A DNA stretch of 58,176 nt, filler included, from Dimargaris cristalligena (taxonomy: Eukaryota): assembly GCA_003614675.1 (NCBI GenBank). It is 3 parts of 3 records of this genome, joined end to end, with 100 filler letters (N's around TTAATTAATTAA, not from the genome) between each part and the next. Parts side by side here need not be neighbours in the genome. Positions count along the whole stretch, not along the records: positions 1 to 19,359 come from ML002729.1; 2 more parts are not named here. One strand, written 5' to 3'. Every line of letters begins with the position of its first letter. Positions within the stretch are counted from its first letter, which is position 1. This document shows, piece after piece, positions 1 to 12,300 of the stretch. The position numbers and the translations under genes were made by a program. The notes under the pieces are model-generated. The model saw nothing but the letters and a program-made list of their open reading frames with translations, had not been told where the DNA came from and did no database searches.

Positions 1-1667
1 GTGAAATATAATTGGCTAACATGAATGATCTCATGATAGCAGAATAAACTAACATAATTGGGTATAAATAGGATAGAATAAAGAACATGTAGGAACATAT
101 TCTTCAACATAGGTTAGTGCAATCATCAAGGCGATAGAGAAAATCGAAGCTCTTCATAATCTGACATCCCACTTGGGAAAATGAATTCTAATCTGAAAAC
201 AGGGCGGATCTGGACATGACTGTTTGAATCTACGAAGCTTAAGCCCCACTGGGTAGGTCTCTTACTTCCTACTTTGATGGACTTGTAGGTCCCGTTCTCG
301 CACATTACATTCATGCTTAGACCATCGAATGGCTGGCTAGTGGACGACTGCTTAGACGGATTCCCGTGGGCCGATGATCTAGCGGAGTTGATTGTTTTTC
401 TAGTGGGTTAACCGAAGGAATTGGGTGGCCCGGACGAAGTATGTTTGGGACCGGGTGTACATCAATAGACTGTAGGGAGAGAGAATGGGCATCAAGAGCG
501 TGATGAATGAATATTCGGAATAGGCGCGGATTAGGGCCCAATTTTATAGTTTACCCTACCAGTTATGGATTAAGCACCCCAACGGGAATATGGCCTATTT
601 TATTATTATTATTATTTGTTAACTATGGCTGTCCATACGAACCCCAAAGAAAAGGTATTTATGAGCATGGAGGTAAAAAAATATTCATCAGGGCGTCCCT
701 CATGACCTTGTGCATCGTGTTCATTACATGTCGCCTCATTAAGCTAGGCCCGATCACTCCAGTTACCTAACTAGGTATATCACCATCAGGCACACCTATA
801 TCTCTCCCATCAATCGAATTGGCCTTCGCTTTTCCCACCGGGGTAGTCCGGCTATTACGCCCAAATTGATGGATGCCTACTAGTGTTTGAAAATACCATT
901 CATTGGGCAATTAAATACGTGACCAATGATGGTTACAAGGCCGACTGGTACGAGATTGCGGCAGTGGCTCATTCTGACTGCGAAATGAAATCCGGTTGGT
1001 ATGTGGGAGGGGACTTCTCTTTAGCTGACCATCATCATCACATTAGCCTGCTTATCAGCAGTGCATTATGGATATTCGAAAGTAAAGTTGAAATTTTTTC
1101 GCTGAAGGACAATTAATTGGATTTGACCTGATTCTGTTTTCCCCCATTCATTAAAGCGGAAAAATAACGAATTCGATCATTCCCGTTAGCCATCTTCCCT
1201 GGGAACCGCACATTATTACCACACGGTGGGAATAAAGCAAAGTAGTCTGAAGAGGTGATACTGAATATAAAATATATACGTGCATATCATTAGGATCATA
1301 AAATATATATGGTTAGGCGTAACTACAGTTAACAATGATAGTAAATGGAGGCGATAGAAGCCATCATGGTAAAAGGATTCAGAATAGGATCATTAAAGTA
1401 AGTGTGAATACTGGCATTCATATATGAACAATAGCGGGGCTACTTTATTTGGACGTATATAGGTAGAGCCAAGTCGTATACGCCTATGACCCAAAAACAA
1501 GATAAAGAATGCACCTGTAGCATCAGATACATTTAGTCAAGTTGGGTAATGCACCGTATTTTCACAACCCCTCGCAGAATACCGTAAACCGGGAAATACC
1601 ATCCTACGGGCCTGGAATGTTAAACTAAGGCTATAAACTATACTACAATATGCTATATTATATTATA

Positions 1668-2657
1668 CTATTGTTTATGCAATTCCGCATACAGGTGGAG
1701 AATAAGCTCTTGGGTGGCCGAGGTTTGCAAATAAAATTCATACTGCAGAGTATTATCATTGAGCAGACGCATGACGCGACGGAACGCCGTTGTGACTGGT
1801 TTCTTGGCAGTAGCGGAATGGCCAATGGCCGAATACATGGGCGACAGATCCATTTCCTTCTGACGTTGTTGATGACTGGCGAAATAATCGCTACTCAAAC
1901 TGGCGCAACTACTGTTCCGGCCATTATTAGGAAGGGACGCCAACGACGTGGTCGATAAGGAAGCCACACCACCACCTCCCGCTCCACCGGCAGTGGACGA
2001 AGCCGGGACCGGTTCAAAACTGGACGGGTGGACGGCCCAAGTATCGACCAACAGGGAGCGGTTACCTTCGGATTGTAAATCGGTCGTCCACCCCACTTCG
2101 ACGGCCCCCATACCGAACGGGTAGGCCATGGCCATTTCGGTATAGGCGTGCACGGGATTGAATTCGGTACGGATGTAATGGGTATCAATCGGATTTTCAT
2201 CCGCCGGGGTGGCGCTGGGGCTGCTGTACAAATAGGTGTAGTTACGCACCAAATTCCAGGGCGAGCGCGAGCCGTGGCGAACGGCCGGCGGCAGCAAATC
2301 GTGGAACTTGAGAGGCGGCTGATGACTCAGAGCGGCAGCAGTAGGCAACGGTTTGGGGAACATGGCTGAACCACTGCCCCCACTACCACCGAAACCGCCG
2401 ACACGACTTTGCGGAGCCGTGGCAAGGGTTTGCAACGGCGGGGTTGGTGGGTTACGAATGAACCCCGCCTCGGAATGCAGCGGAGCCCCCGTATCAAGCC
2501 GGAAGGTGCGCTGGGAAAAGGCCAGAATCGGCTTGTCAGGGAACATAAGGCCGTCAATGACCAGTTCTTCCCGGTACTCAATGTCGCGGTGGACGATTTT
2601 ACCTTGGCCGCGCCAAGTCCCGACCAAGGGGGCTAGCTGTCGCTTGGGAGACGACAT
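1668..2657 (-). CDS. Nitrobindin/THAP4-like (DUF1794) heme-binding beta-barrel protein with long low-complexity insertions
   Basis: First true ATG at 2657 (MSSPKRQ). N-terminal LAPLVGTWRGQG..IEYREEL..PILAFSQRTF..PLHSEAGFIR and C-terminal RRVMRL..LQYEF..HLYAELHK match the nitrobindin pattern. Single exon. Confidence 0.8.
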   Translation of the reverse strand: MSSPKRQLAPLVGTWRGQGKIVHRDIEYREELVIDGLMFPDKPILAFSQRTFRLDTGAPLHSEAGFIRNPPTPPLQTLATAPQSRVGGFGGSGGSGSAMFPKPLPTAAALSHQPPLKFHDLLPPAVRHGSRSPWNLVRNYTYLYSSPSATPADENPIDTHYIRTEFNPVHAYTEMAMAYPFGMGAVEVGWTTDLQSEGNRSLLVDTWAVHPSSFEPVPASSTAGGAGGGGVASLSTTSLASLPNNGRNSSCASLSSDYFASHQQRQKEMDLSPMYSAIGHSATAKKPVTTAFRRVMRLLNDNTLQYEFYLQTSATQELILHLYAELHKQ

Positions 2658-3560
2658 GGCGGAGACAGGGGATAGGAGGTACACACAACGGTGGTGTATG
2701 GGAGAGCTACAAAATAGGTAATATGGGGTGGGGGATAGTGCAAGTGGGTAGGAAACGAGTGGATAGTTTTCCCTGCAAAGCCGGCGTAGGAATTAATAGG
2801 CTGAAGATAGAGGTCGAGATGTGTATAAGAAGCTAAAGTCAAGCCGAACAAGACATTAATGAAATTAAGTGAGAGATAGAAGCAGGAAGCGAGGGGAGGT
2901 CTTAGTTGCTAGAGAGGGAGGAGAGCTCTGTTACTGTGACGACATCCATGGGAAACACAGCTCCCAAACCTTGCATACCACCATACTCAGGTGTTCATGT
3001 CCGCTAGTGGGAGGATGTCAAAAATATAGTGTGTCCTTTTAATTGGTCATCAAGACCTCATAAACGATTTAGATACTGGCACTCATTGTGACTGGTTTAA
3101 GAGACGCATTGGGTAAAACCTCTCCAATCTACCACTACCTCAACCAGCATTGCGTAGTAGTACTATTAGCCCCAACTGAGACACGATCGATTGATACGGT
3201 TTGATTTTAGTACCCAGCAGTGTGGCCGCTAGGGCGGAAAGTTCTATATCCCGCTGGGTTCCAGGTACTACTGTACCAATGGTGTCGGCTCTGAAACCCT
3301 CTGACTAATGGCAACTGGCCACGGCAAACACCTCCCCCCTTCACAAAAGTGACGCTTATCGTGTTAAACCGGAAGGGATGTCGTCGTATCGGTCACTGAC
3401 ATTCGTAAAGAGCAATAAATGTCCATCATCAAATTTAAATATTTATAATCCAAGCGTAACATTGGGCACGGAAGAGGGAGGAAAGGGAAGGAAAGGAGAG
3501 GAGAGGAGAGGAAAAGCAACAAATCTCAGCAATACCCTTCAAACATATCTGCTGGCCCAA

Positions 3561-6402
3561 TTAGGGGTTGGCCAAGCCGAGTTTGGCCAGTACCACCAAA
3601 GCCGCCGCCCGGGACGCCCAAGTAGCACTATAGACCATATTGACCAACGCCATGGCAAAGTCACCCGCCGCCCGGTCGCTCCGGGTGGGGTATTGCAGCA
3701 CCGCCGGAATGGACGTCCGGATCCAGGCCGGAAAGCGGTCGCGCGTGATGGCCCGGGTCAGACATACCCCACGGATACCTTCGTAGCCGGCCAGCCGCCC
3801 GAACCCGGACTGCCCCACCCCGCCAAAAGGCAGGGACTGGCATATGTAATTCACCCCGAAATCGTTGATATTACACATCCCCGTACGTAGCCGGCGGGCC
3901 AGGGCATCGTACCCCTGCGCCGGGTTGGCCGTGAAGACACTGCTGCCCAGGCCGAAGGAGCACTGGTTGGCGGCCGCAATGAGTTCCGCGTCCGTGGCGT
4001 AGGGCCCCATAAGCACGGCTACGGGCCCGAAATGTTCGTCGGTTCGGGCGATGCGCATGGCCGGGGTCACGCCCGTCAGCACCGTCGGAGCGAAATACGA
4101 TCCAGCCGGGAACCGGGGGTGCTTCACAACGTGCCCCCCGTGGCGCACCCGGGCCCCTTGGGCGACGGCATCTTCCACCAAGGCCGTTAATTTTTGGAGG
4201 TGCACCTCGCCCATCGTCATGGCACCCTGGTCGATGTTGGGCTCGTCCAATGGGGCCCCCTGTTTAAACTGGCGGACCCGTTCCAGTAGGCGGTCCACCA
4301 AAGTGTCGTAGACGGCCTCATGCGCCAGAATCCGCTCGATCCCGATACAGTTTTGGCCACAGTTTTGGAATACGCCACGGAGGACAAGGGGCAGCGTCTG
4401 ATCCACGTTGCAGTCGCTCCGTAGAATCAAACAGTCTTTACCACCTAGTTCTAGAACGCAAGGTGTGAGATTATCGGCGGCCGCGGCCATGATTTCCTTA
4501 CCCACCGCTGTCGATCTACGAAATCGGCATATACAAGAGAAGGGTATGGATAGAGTAATTAATATTTAGGCCAGCTACCTCTCCCTCTCTCTCTCGGGGA
4601 ATAAGGCGGTAACCCATTCGAGTAGCTTCCCGTGTCCGCAAAGATTCACGAGACTGTCTAAATATTACTTATACAACTTCAAGTACTAAGGCGGCCGATT
4701 ATATAAACATAAATTAGTAAACACCTACCCAATAAAAGTAATGTGGTCGACCGGAGCCTTCACTAGAGCCTTGCCGGATTCCTTGAAACCAATCACTAGC
4801 TGGACGATATCCGGATTGTTACCGGTCGCAGCGATAATATCCCGAATGTACTTGAGATAGATGGATGCCGACCATGAGGCATACTCAGAGGCCTTGACCA
4901 TAATACCGTTACCAGCGAAGAGGGCCGTAATGATCGGACCCACTATGTTATGGAATGGGTAGTTCCACGATACTATAGCTGCCTGTACACCGATAGGTTC
5001 ATACACAACCATGGCATACTTGTATCTTTTAATTCCACATGTAAAACGACCCCCCCCCCCAAGACCAAAGAGAGAAGTAAATAATAGACAGTACAGTAAA
5101 ATAGGGTAAGATTAGTATGCGGAACATTGCCTAAATTAGGAGGGGGTCGACAGCGAAAATGTCTCCAATGAAGGCGATCTATACGGACTATTAGAGCGAT
5201 TAGCGGGGGTCCGGCGAACTTACTTAAGGACCGTGCCCGCCTCGCGGTACTCCGTACGTAACGCCTTTTCACCGTGCTGCAGCGTCCATTTAATTTTCTC
5301 GCATGTAGTCAGAATTTCGCCCAATTGAGCATCGAGGACTATAGTAAGCCAATTGAAATGGTATTAAAATGATACCAGGAGGATGGGGTAGGTTAGCTGT
5401 TGTAAAAGTGTTAACCTAATCCATATAGATATGCGGCAATATACCAAACCAACCTATTCATCGGTATGCTTATTCTGATGGTATTGACGCCAATGGGCTT
5501 CCAATATGAAAGGACGGGTGGGGAAAGGCTCCCGGACAGCATCTAAACCACCCTTTACCTACATGTTTTACCGGTATCCCGGGCGGAGATTTTGCAAATG
5601 GTCTCTTGATTAGTAACCACAAAATCCAGCAAAGATCGGAGGACTTGCTTACGGACCGTCAGCGAGGTTTGGGCCCACTGCGTTTGGGCTTCCCGGCATC
5701 GATTCAACAAAACGGGGATTTCCTCCGGTGGGGTGATGGGGACCGTCCCCAAATTTCGACCGGTGGCTGGGTCGTAGCACTGGATCCGATTCCAATCAGC
5801 CGTCTAAGAGTTTAGCAAGAGGAGTTATATGTATATATATTTTTTAAGACGAAGAAGCATAATAATAATAGTATGTAACAATTGGAGCTATAGTTAGGCC
5901 CGGTCCAATAGCAATACCATTCGATGGGAACAATTTAGCCAAACCTTACTAGTAAATGGGCGAAGAGGAGCATTCCCAAAATCACCGAGTAAATATTTAG
6001 ACATTTACCTGCAATGTCGGCTTTTCCATAAGTAGAGCGTCAGGTCCACAGGGATCGCATTGTTCTATCACATATAACAAGGTACAATGGCGGTAAAAAA
6101 TATTAGGACGGGATCATATACTATACACCAAAATCACTAGGAGTCGCTCCTTTCTAATATATGTATGTACATAACATATATTGTGGCTTCTTGAAATACA
6201 TTATGGCTGTTACCGGGCGTTTACCTTTAGGGTACTCCATAGGCACTCGCACACTGGGCAGCTCTTTCGATCGAGTAATGAGCCAAGCGCAGCCGATGGC
6301 CACGACAGCCAGAACGACCGGAACGACTACCGACTCGGTCTCGGACAGTGCGGCACTCCATCGGGGAGCAATTTGTTCGATAAAAGGGTTCAACCAACTC
6401 AT
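3561..6402 (-). CDS. MSC7: Membrane-anchored aldehyde dehydrogenase, Msc7/ALDH22-like; 6 exons (6402-6225, 6064-6009, 5803-5563, 5338-5224, 5025-4729, 4515-3561)
   Basis: Hand-spliced with GT..AG introns in consistent phase. N-terminal hydrophobic anchor, then IQCYDPATG, SWNYPFHN, FIGST, catalytic LELGGKD and GQNCIG, EHFGPV, LPFGGVGQSGFGR. Confidence 0.9.
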
Positions 6403-7439
6403 GAGGGAGGAAAAGGGAATGAAAGCAGCCACTACAACGAGTAACGGAATGGGGGGCCAAATCGCCAAAAGGGTGGTTGTTGTAAGAAGAACGGGGCAGG
6501 TCGAGCAGAGTGGCTAAAGGCCACTCAGTATTATTATTATTATTCGTCTCGCCACTTCGAAGGCAGTGGGTTTTTTGGGTGGGGAATGAGAGAGTGGAAA
6601 ATAAAGTCAGGCCATTTATATTGAAAGGCAGATTGGCTAGCCAAAGTGGTCCATTTCATAGTAGTGTCTCTCGGCCAACGGTTGAGGTATATTACCCTAA
6701 TTCAATTGGGCTTGAGCCCCCCCCCCCTCTCCACACATACACGCCCCTAAACATTAAATAACTGTAGTTCTAGTATCCACTTATTAGTTGACCTAACCGT
6801 ACTCAACCAACTGACCCTGATGCTCTCTACCCCCTTCATAATAGATACAACTATTTGATATATATCCTGAAAATAGCGACCAAGGCCAGGCCATACCTCG
6901 GCTTCTAGGGAATATAATATATATGGGTATGGATTCAGTGGTTAATGCCAACTGCATCAAACCTAAGAGATTAGGGGGAACCGGTTAAAATAGGTTGGAT
7001 ATAAATACCACAACGGCCAAAAAGTCAGTGGATCTATTGGTTTCGGGGTTTAGTCACGACATGCTCCCAATTATACTAGGAGAATGCTCCCCCAACTGAA
7101 CTACCGATGCATTACTTTCACATGCTTTTCTCCGTGGACTATTTTTGTTGACCTAGAAAAACGGTTAATAAACCAACGGCTCCCAAACACGGACTACAAC
7201 TATACTCGACAATCATCTATAAACAACTATCCACTATAATATTGGGCATATGAAGGGGAAATGGCAAAACAACTCGATGGGTGTTTAATGGCTAGGTTAT
7301 ATGTATATGTATATTTATCAACTAAAGTTAGATCGAAAGCACGCGGATTTTGGATATGCAAACGAGGAGATCCAAAGGGAAGGGTGGATCATATTCAATA
7401 TTAGCTCAACCATTTGGTAACAAACTAATATATATATTT

Positions 7440-9001
7440 TTAGGCCGTCACCGTCTCGTCCACCTTGGCCTTCTTATTAGCCTCGCCGTTGGTGGCAGCC
7501 TCAGCAGACTCGTCGGCTTCATTCGTCTCTGACGTCCGCTTAGCCTGTGGGGAACCGGGGGTCGATTCGCCGTGGATCTCGGCATGGAACTCACGCAGTA
7601 GCTGATCAACAGCATCGATGGAACGGGGCCGGATGTCGGCGAGGGCCTTGATTTCGGCAGTGACCTTCTTGACCTCCTCGTCGGTGAGCGTCAGGCCCAG
7701 TTGCTGCACACGGTTCTTCACGGCGTTCCAGCCGGTCAGACGGTGACCAATGGACACGTACCGGGTCATGCCAAAGTCCTCGGGCTTCAGGATTTCGTAG
7801 GTGCTGGGGTTGTTGAGGATGGCCTTGGCGTGGATACCGGCCTTGTGGGTGAAGGCACAGTAGCCCGTCACGTAGTTGTTAAAGGGCACCTGGACCTCAA
7901 CGGCGTCGGCGATCAGATTCTCCACGTCGCGCAGCTTATGAAGCTTGTACTTGCCCATGACGTACTCGCGGTCGGTAGCGTACATGCGAGCCACCAGACC
8001 ACCCAAGGGAGTGATACCGTTGCGCTCACCGATACCAAGCACGGAAGTGTCAATGTGGGTGGCACCGGCCTCGAGGGCAGCGTGGGCATTGGCAATAGCG
8101 CAACCGGTATCGTTATGGAAATGGCACTCAATGTCGCAGGATACGACGCCGCGCAGGGTGCGGACCAGCTCAAATACCTGGTTGGGGGTGGCGCAGCCGA
8201 CGGTGTCGGCAATACCCACACGGTTCACACCCAGCTTGTCCACGGTCTTGTAGATACTGAGCAAATCGACCAGGTCAGACCGGAAGGAATCCTCGGTCGA
8301 AAAGCGGACTTCGAGACCCTTGGACTTGATAAAGTTAATGACTTCGGTGGCCTGTTTGGCAATATAGTCCATGTCCTTGCCATGGGAGAATTCGCGGAGC
8401 AGCGACGAGGTACCGATCACCACGTCGAGGCCGTCCACACCGGTTTCGACGGCGATGCGAGCGTCGTCCATATGGCAGCGGGTGTGGGTAAGGATCTTGG
8501 CCTTCAGACCGAGGTTGGCAATGGCGATACAGTCCAGGCGGGACTGCTCGGAAGCGGCCGGGGAGGTCAGCTCAAGGTATTCCACGCCAAAGTCGTCCAG
8601 GGCCTTGGCGATCTCGATCTTCTTGGCGGTATCAAAGAAGGCATTGGCAAACTGCTCGCCCTCTAATAATCAAAAAGGGGGGAGAAACCAAGGGGGAGAG
8701 GGGAACACGTGAAACCACGAAAAGAGAGGTTAATTAGGGAGGGTTTAGGAAACGGGGGGAGGGGCATATAGTCCAACTCTAAGTCGAGGAGAGGGCCACA
8801 ATCAGGTGGGTCTGGGTGGAGAGGATCGGAGACCTGGATTGAACTGCAGCCAGAGTAGGAGTTGGTCTGCGGAACTCACGGGGGAGCATACTTACCGCGC
8901 AGGGTGGACTCGATAATGGAGAAGTTGCTCACCCGACTGAGGAATTCGGAAGGAACATAGTGGGGGTTGAAGCTATGGGGTCCGCCGTTGGATTTGGTCA
9001 T
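7440..9001 (-). CDS. LYS20: Homocitrate synthase (first step of alpha-aminoadipate lysine synthesis); 2 exons (9001-8896, 8662-7440)
   Basis: Spliced [18 protein letters not shown], plus [50 protein letters not shown]. Confidence 0.97.
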
Positions 9002-9271
9002 GGTGACAGTTAGGGGGTTGGTTGGGAGGGGGGAATAAAAGATAGATAGAGGTAGTGGTTTATCACACAACACAGTCACACCAAGGAAACGCAGATAAAG
9101 AAGAAACGAAGGTCAATAGTATGTATAGCTTAATATGGAAGTATAATTAAGGGAGCCAACACATATACTAAAGATACGATGATGCAAGGAATGTAGAGTA
9201 GAGTATAGCGCGTATGGAACAAGAGAAAGGAGAGGAGGGCTGAGCACCAATATCCGTAGCGGCTGGGGTGG

Positions 9272-9628
9272 TTTTATATATTGGCGTATCGAGTGATTGG
9301 AAAGCAAAGGGAGAGAAAATAAAAGGAGAGGGTTGGTTGCTGCTATGACGCCGAATGGGTCACTAACCAAGCCGCTTCCCTTACTAATAAAGACCACTTT
9401 CCTCTTTTAAACATAGATAAATAAATGTATGCGCATACAGGGCGAATAGGCGTGGCTGCTCTACCAGAGAGAACTGCCACCGTAGAGGGGAATATAGATG
9501 AGATTATTGGTGGACACGGCTCTCGCGAAAAAAAAACTATATGCGCATATAAACTGCAAACTTACCCGCATAGACGGTGGTAGTGGCAAGGGATCCACTC
9601 AAAAGTACGTACAGTGTATGCGCATACA
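9272..9628 (-). promoter_or_regulatory. LYS20 promoter: TATA-like element (9272-9280), CCAAT (9296-9300) and three 14-bp palindromes with core TATGCGCATA (9426-9439, 9538-9551, 9615-9628)
   Basis: Seen directly: TGTATGCGCATACA twice and TATATGCGCATATA once within ~200 bp, upstream of a minus-strand TATATAAAA. Function is inferred. Confidence 0.55.
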
Positions 9629-11213
9629 AAGACTACTCCCGCCAAATGGAACTTTCGCTGAGATGGTAGTAGTAGTGGTGACCACTGATGGGTCACCAGC
9701 GGAACTCAGCCAATCGTGGCCGACTTCCCCTGTTCTTTGCCCTCCAGAGTAAAACCAGGCCTAAAAGAACAGAGATGGTGGATATTATAATAATAATCAT
9801 AATATAATACCAACGGGTTGAGGGAGATGAATCGATGTGCTCTCTACTATGTTACTCGACAACCTCCTCTGTTGGCTTAACGCATCGGGCGCTTTTATTT
9901 AATAAATACTTCAATCTCAACTCAGCTCAACTCAACTCACCGCACCGGCTTACCCCACGCTATGGTACATCTTCACTTATCAACCAACCCCACATACTGT
10001 AGGCATCTCATACGTAATATAATCTATACATCGCAGAGCCACACACACCCAGCCCGCTTATCACCTAATTCACCTACTGTACCTGGCGCTCCAATGCACG
10101 TGCACTCTAGTGTCTCCGGAAATGAAATGAAGTGCGTGAAATTAGATCATTGCCTTTCTCGGCCAGCCATTCCAATTGCCCGCCTTGCTTAGATGGGGAA
10201 ATACACTGGCGCTTTACCCCATCTCCCTTTATAGGCCCCTACGAACAATCCTGTACAAGGTCAGAAATGTAAAATGGATGGGCAAGTACGTAGTATAATT
10301 ACTTCTCGCTTACACAATTGGCTGCTTCAAACGGACGGACGGTATGTCATACAAGCTAGATTGAATTCTTCACGTTATTATTGTAAAAAATACACAGACA
10401 ATAGCGACTGACTAGGTTACATTTAATACGGCCAAAGTTTCTTGGCTCTTTCCACGGGGGTGTTCTTTGGTTCGCCTACATTGTATTCCCCCGTCCGCTG
10501 TACCTCTCGGGCGAGTTGAACCACCCGCCGCCCTTCTCCATATATCTCTGGGCTGTGAATGGTACTTGCTAATAATAGGAATTTCCGCCTCTTGCTGTCC
10601 TTTTCCTTCCCTCCTTCGGATGTATTATTTATACCTGTATGCATCGCTACGGCTATTATTGATCTACCCCCTCTTTGTCCTCCTTGCCCTTCGTTCGCCT
10701 GCTGTGCTCCAGTCGCCATTTTCTAATCGAGCAGACATTGGTCAAAGCTCCGCTAAAGAGGGCAACGTCATGCTTGCAAACCTACTAATCGACCAACCAT
10801 TTATAGTGTGGATCGTCACAATCGACCAAACCCCTGTTGGCATGTATGTCCTTTGCTCTCTCGCTTCGTAAAAATGCCAGCCTACCTAATTATCCGATTT
10901 CCGCACTACATCTTGGCTACCGAAAGTATACTCCCCAACCGTACCATGCGATACATCGCCAATAGTAACTAAAGCAATAACGATATTGTAATTTGTGGGC
11001 CGCTGGGGTGTGGCCAAAGATATCTTAAATCAATAGATACGTGTGACGAATCCGCTTTTTATATGTTTACATCCACAGCGTATGCGCATGCATAAGTTTT
11101 ATCTATGCGGGGACCCTCTCTCTCCTCACTGATTTGTCCGGCCGGTGTTACTTACTAAAACCCGTTTGCCACCTAATGTAGCCGCCACCATGCTTGGTAA
11201 TTTCTTGTTCATC

Positions 11214-11245
11214 TACTACTACTACTACTACTACTTACTACTACT
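11214..11245. repeat. (CTA)n microsatellite
   Basis: ctactactactactactactac-ttactactact. Confidence 0.85.
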
Positions 11246-12300
11246 CTATACTACTTAATATTTTCATTATATAGCTGTGGCTGGGTCTCCTCCGCTTCGC
11301 CATACTATACAATACTATGCTACAGTATACTGCCGTGACGCCCATTATTTATTTGCCTTGTTATACTTAACCACGCGCCGTGCTCTTCCTTTCACTTCTT
11401 ATCCCCCCACCTAACCAGCCAGCCCTTCCTTCCTTCCTTCCTTTACACTTATTATTATTATTATTATTACGTGCATTGGCGAACCATTGTTACGCCCGAA
11501 TGGTCGGATTTCTTCGTTGCCATAATTGTTGTTCTGTTATACTCCCCCGTTTGTCCTCGCCGCGACCAAAAATATATGCGTTCTACCCCCCCCTCTCTCT
11601 CCCCATAGCGCCGGTTAAATAGAACACCCTTTCCCCCCTGTTTTCGCTATGCAGCTATCCTTGTACTACACATACGCTACTTTTATTTTCTGTCCTACTC
11701 TTCTCCGTTTTTTTTCGGTGCTTGTACCTATATTGTGTCTTTTGCCATAACAAAATTCCTTTCCGTCCCTAAACTCCTGTTTTAGTCAGCTTGTACCTGC
11801 CGGTCGCTCACTCCCATTTCGAACCCATTTACCCATCCCTCATTCCTTTTCGCCCTCCACCTACCTCATCGTGTCGACATAGACCATTGCCCTTTCGGCG
11901 GCTACCTACAGTCGATGCCCTGCGACCAGCTTTGTCGATATTGCCTAGGCTCTCGCTTATCTACCCACTGAGGCTACACTGCCTCATAGCTTATAGGTAT
12001 ACCACTCGTGCTGTTTACACTTTAGAGCGCCCCTTTACTCAACGGCGGTTTTTTTTTAATATTCCAAAAGCAGCCTTTTAAAAGTCAGCCTGCTTTCCCC
12101 TTTAGGACTTCCCACGCCAAGTGCACTCTCTCCCTTTCCTCTGCATACGGCGAAAAGTAGGGTCATATTGATACCCTAATTATAGCGCTATTGCCATTCA
12201 CTCCCCTTATTGTTTAATCTGCCCCAGCCGCCATTGCCACGTGAGCTCGGCTGTTTCAAAAGGGGACTACTACTAAGCTCGCCACAAACAAATTGCCACC

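Noticed and set aside
126-1116. Short ORFs at the window start
   Set aside because: Interrupted by stops; no splice model or motif found.
7701-8666. 321-aa antisense ORF over LYS20
   Set aside because: Shadow ORF from C/G-ending codon bias; no recognisable motifs.
3561-9001. ALDH + LYS20 as a lysine metabolic gene cluster
   Set aside because: The ALDH is the membrane-anchored Msc7 type, not aminoadipate-semialdehyde dehydrogenase, and no other pathway gene is adjacent.
10423-12081. ORFs in the LYS20/NT-C2 divergent intergenic region
   Set aside because: Microsatellite and pyrimidine-tract translations, mostly non-ATG starts.
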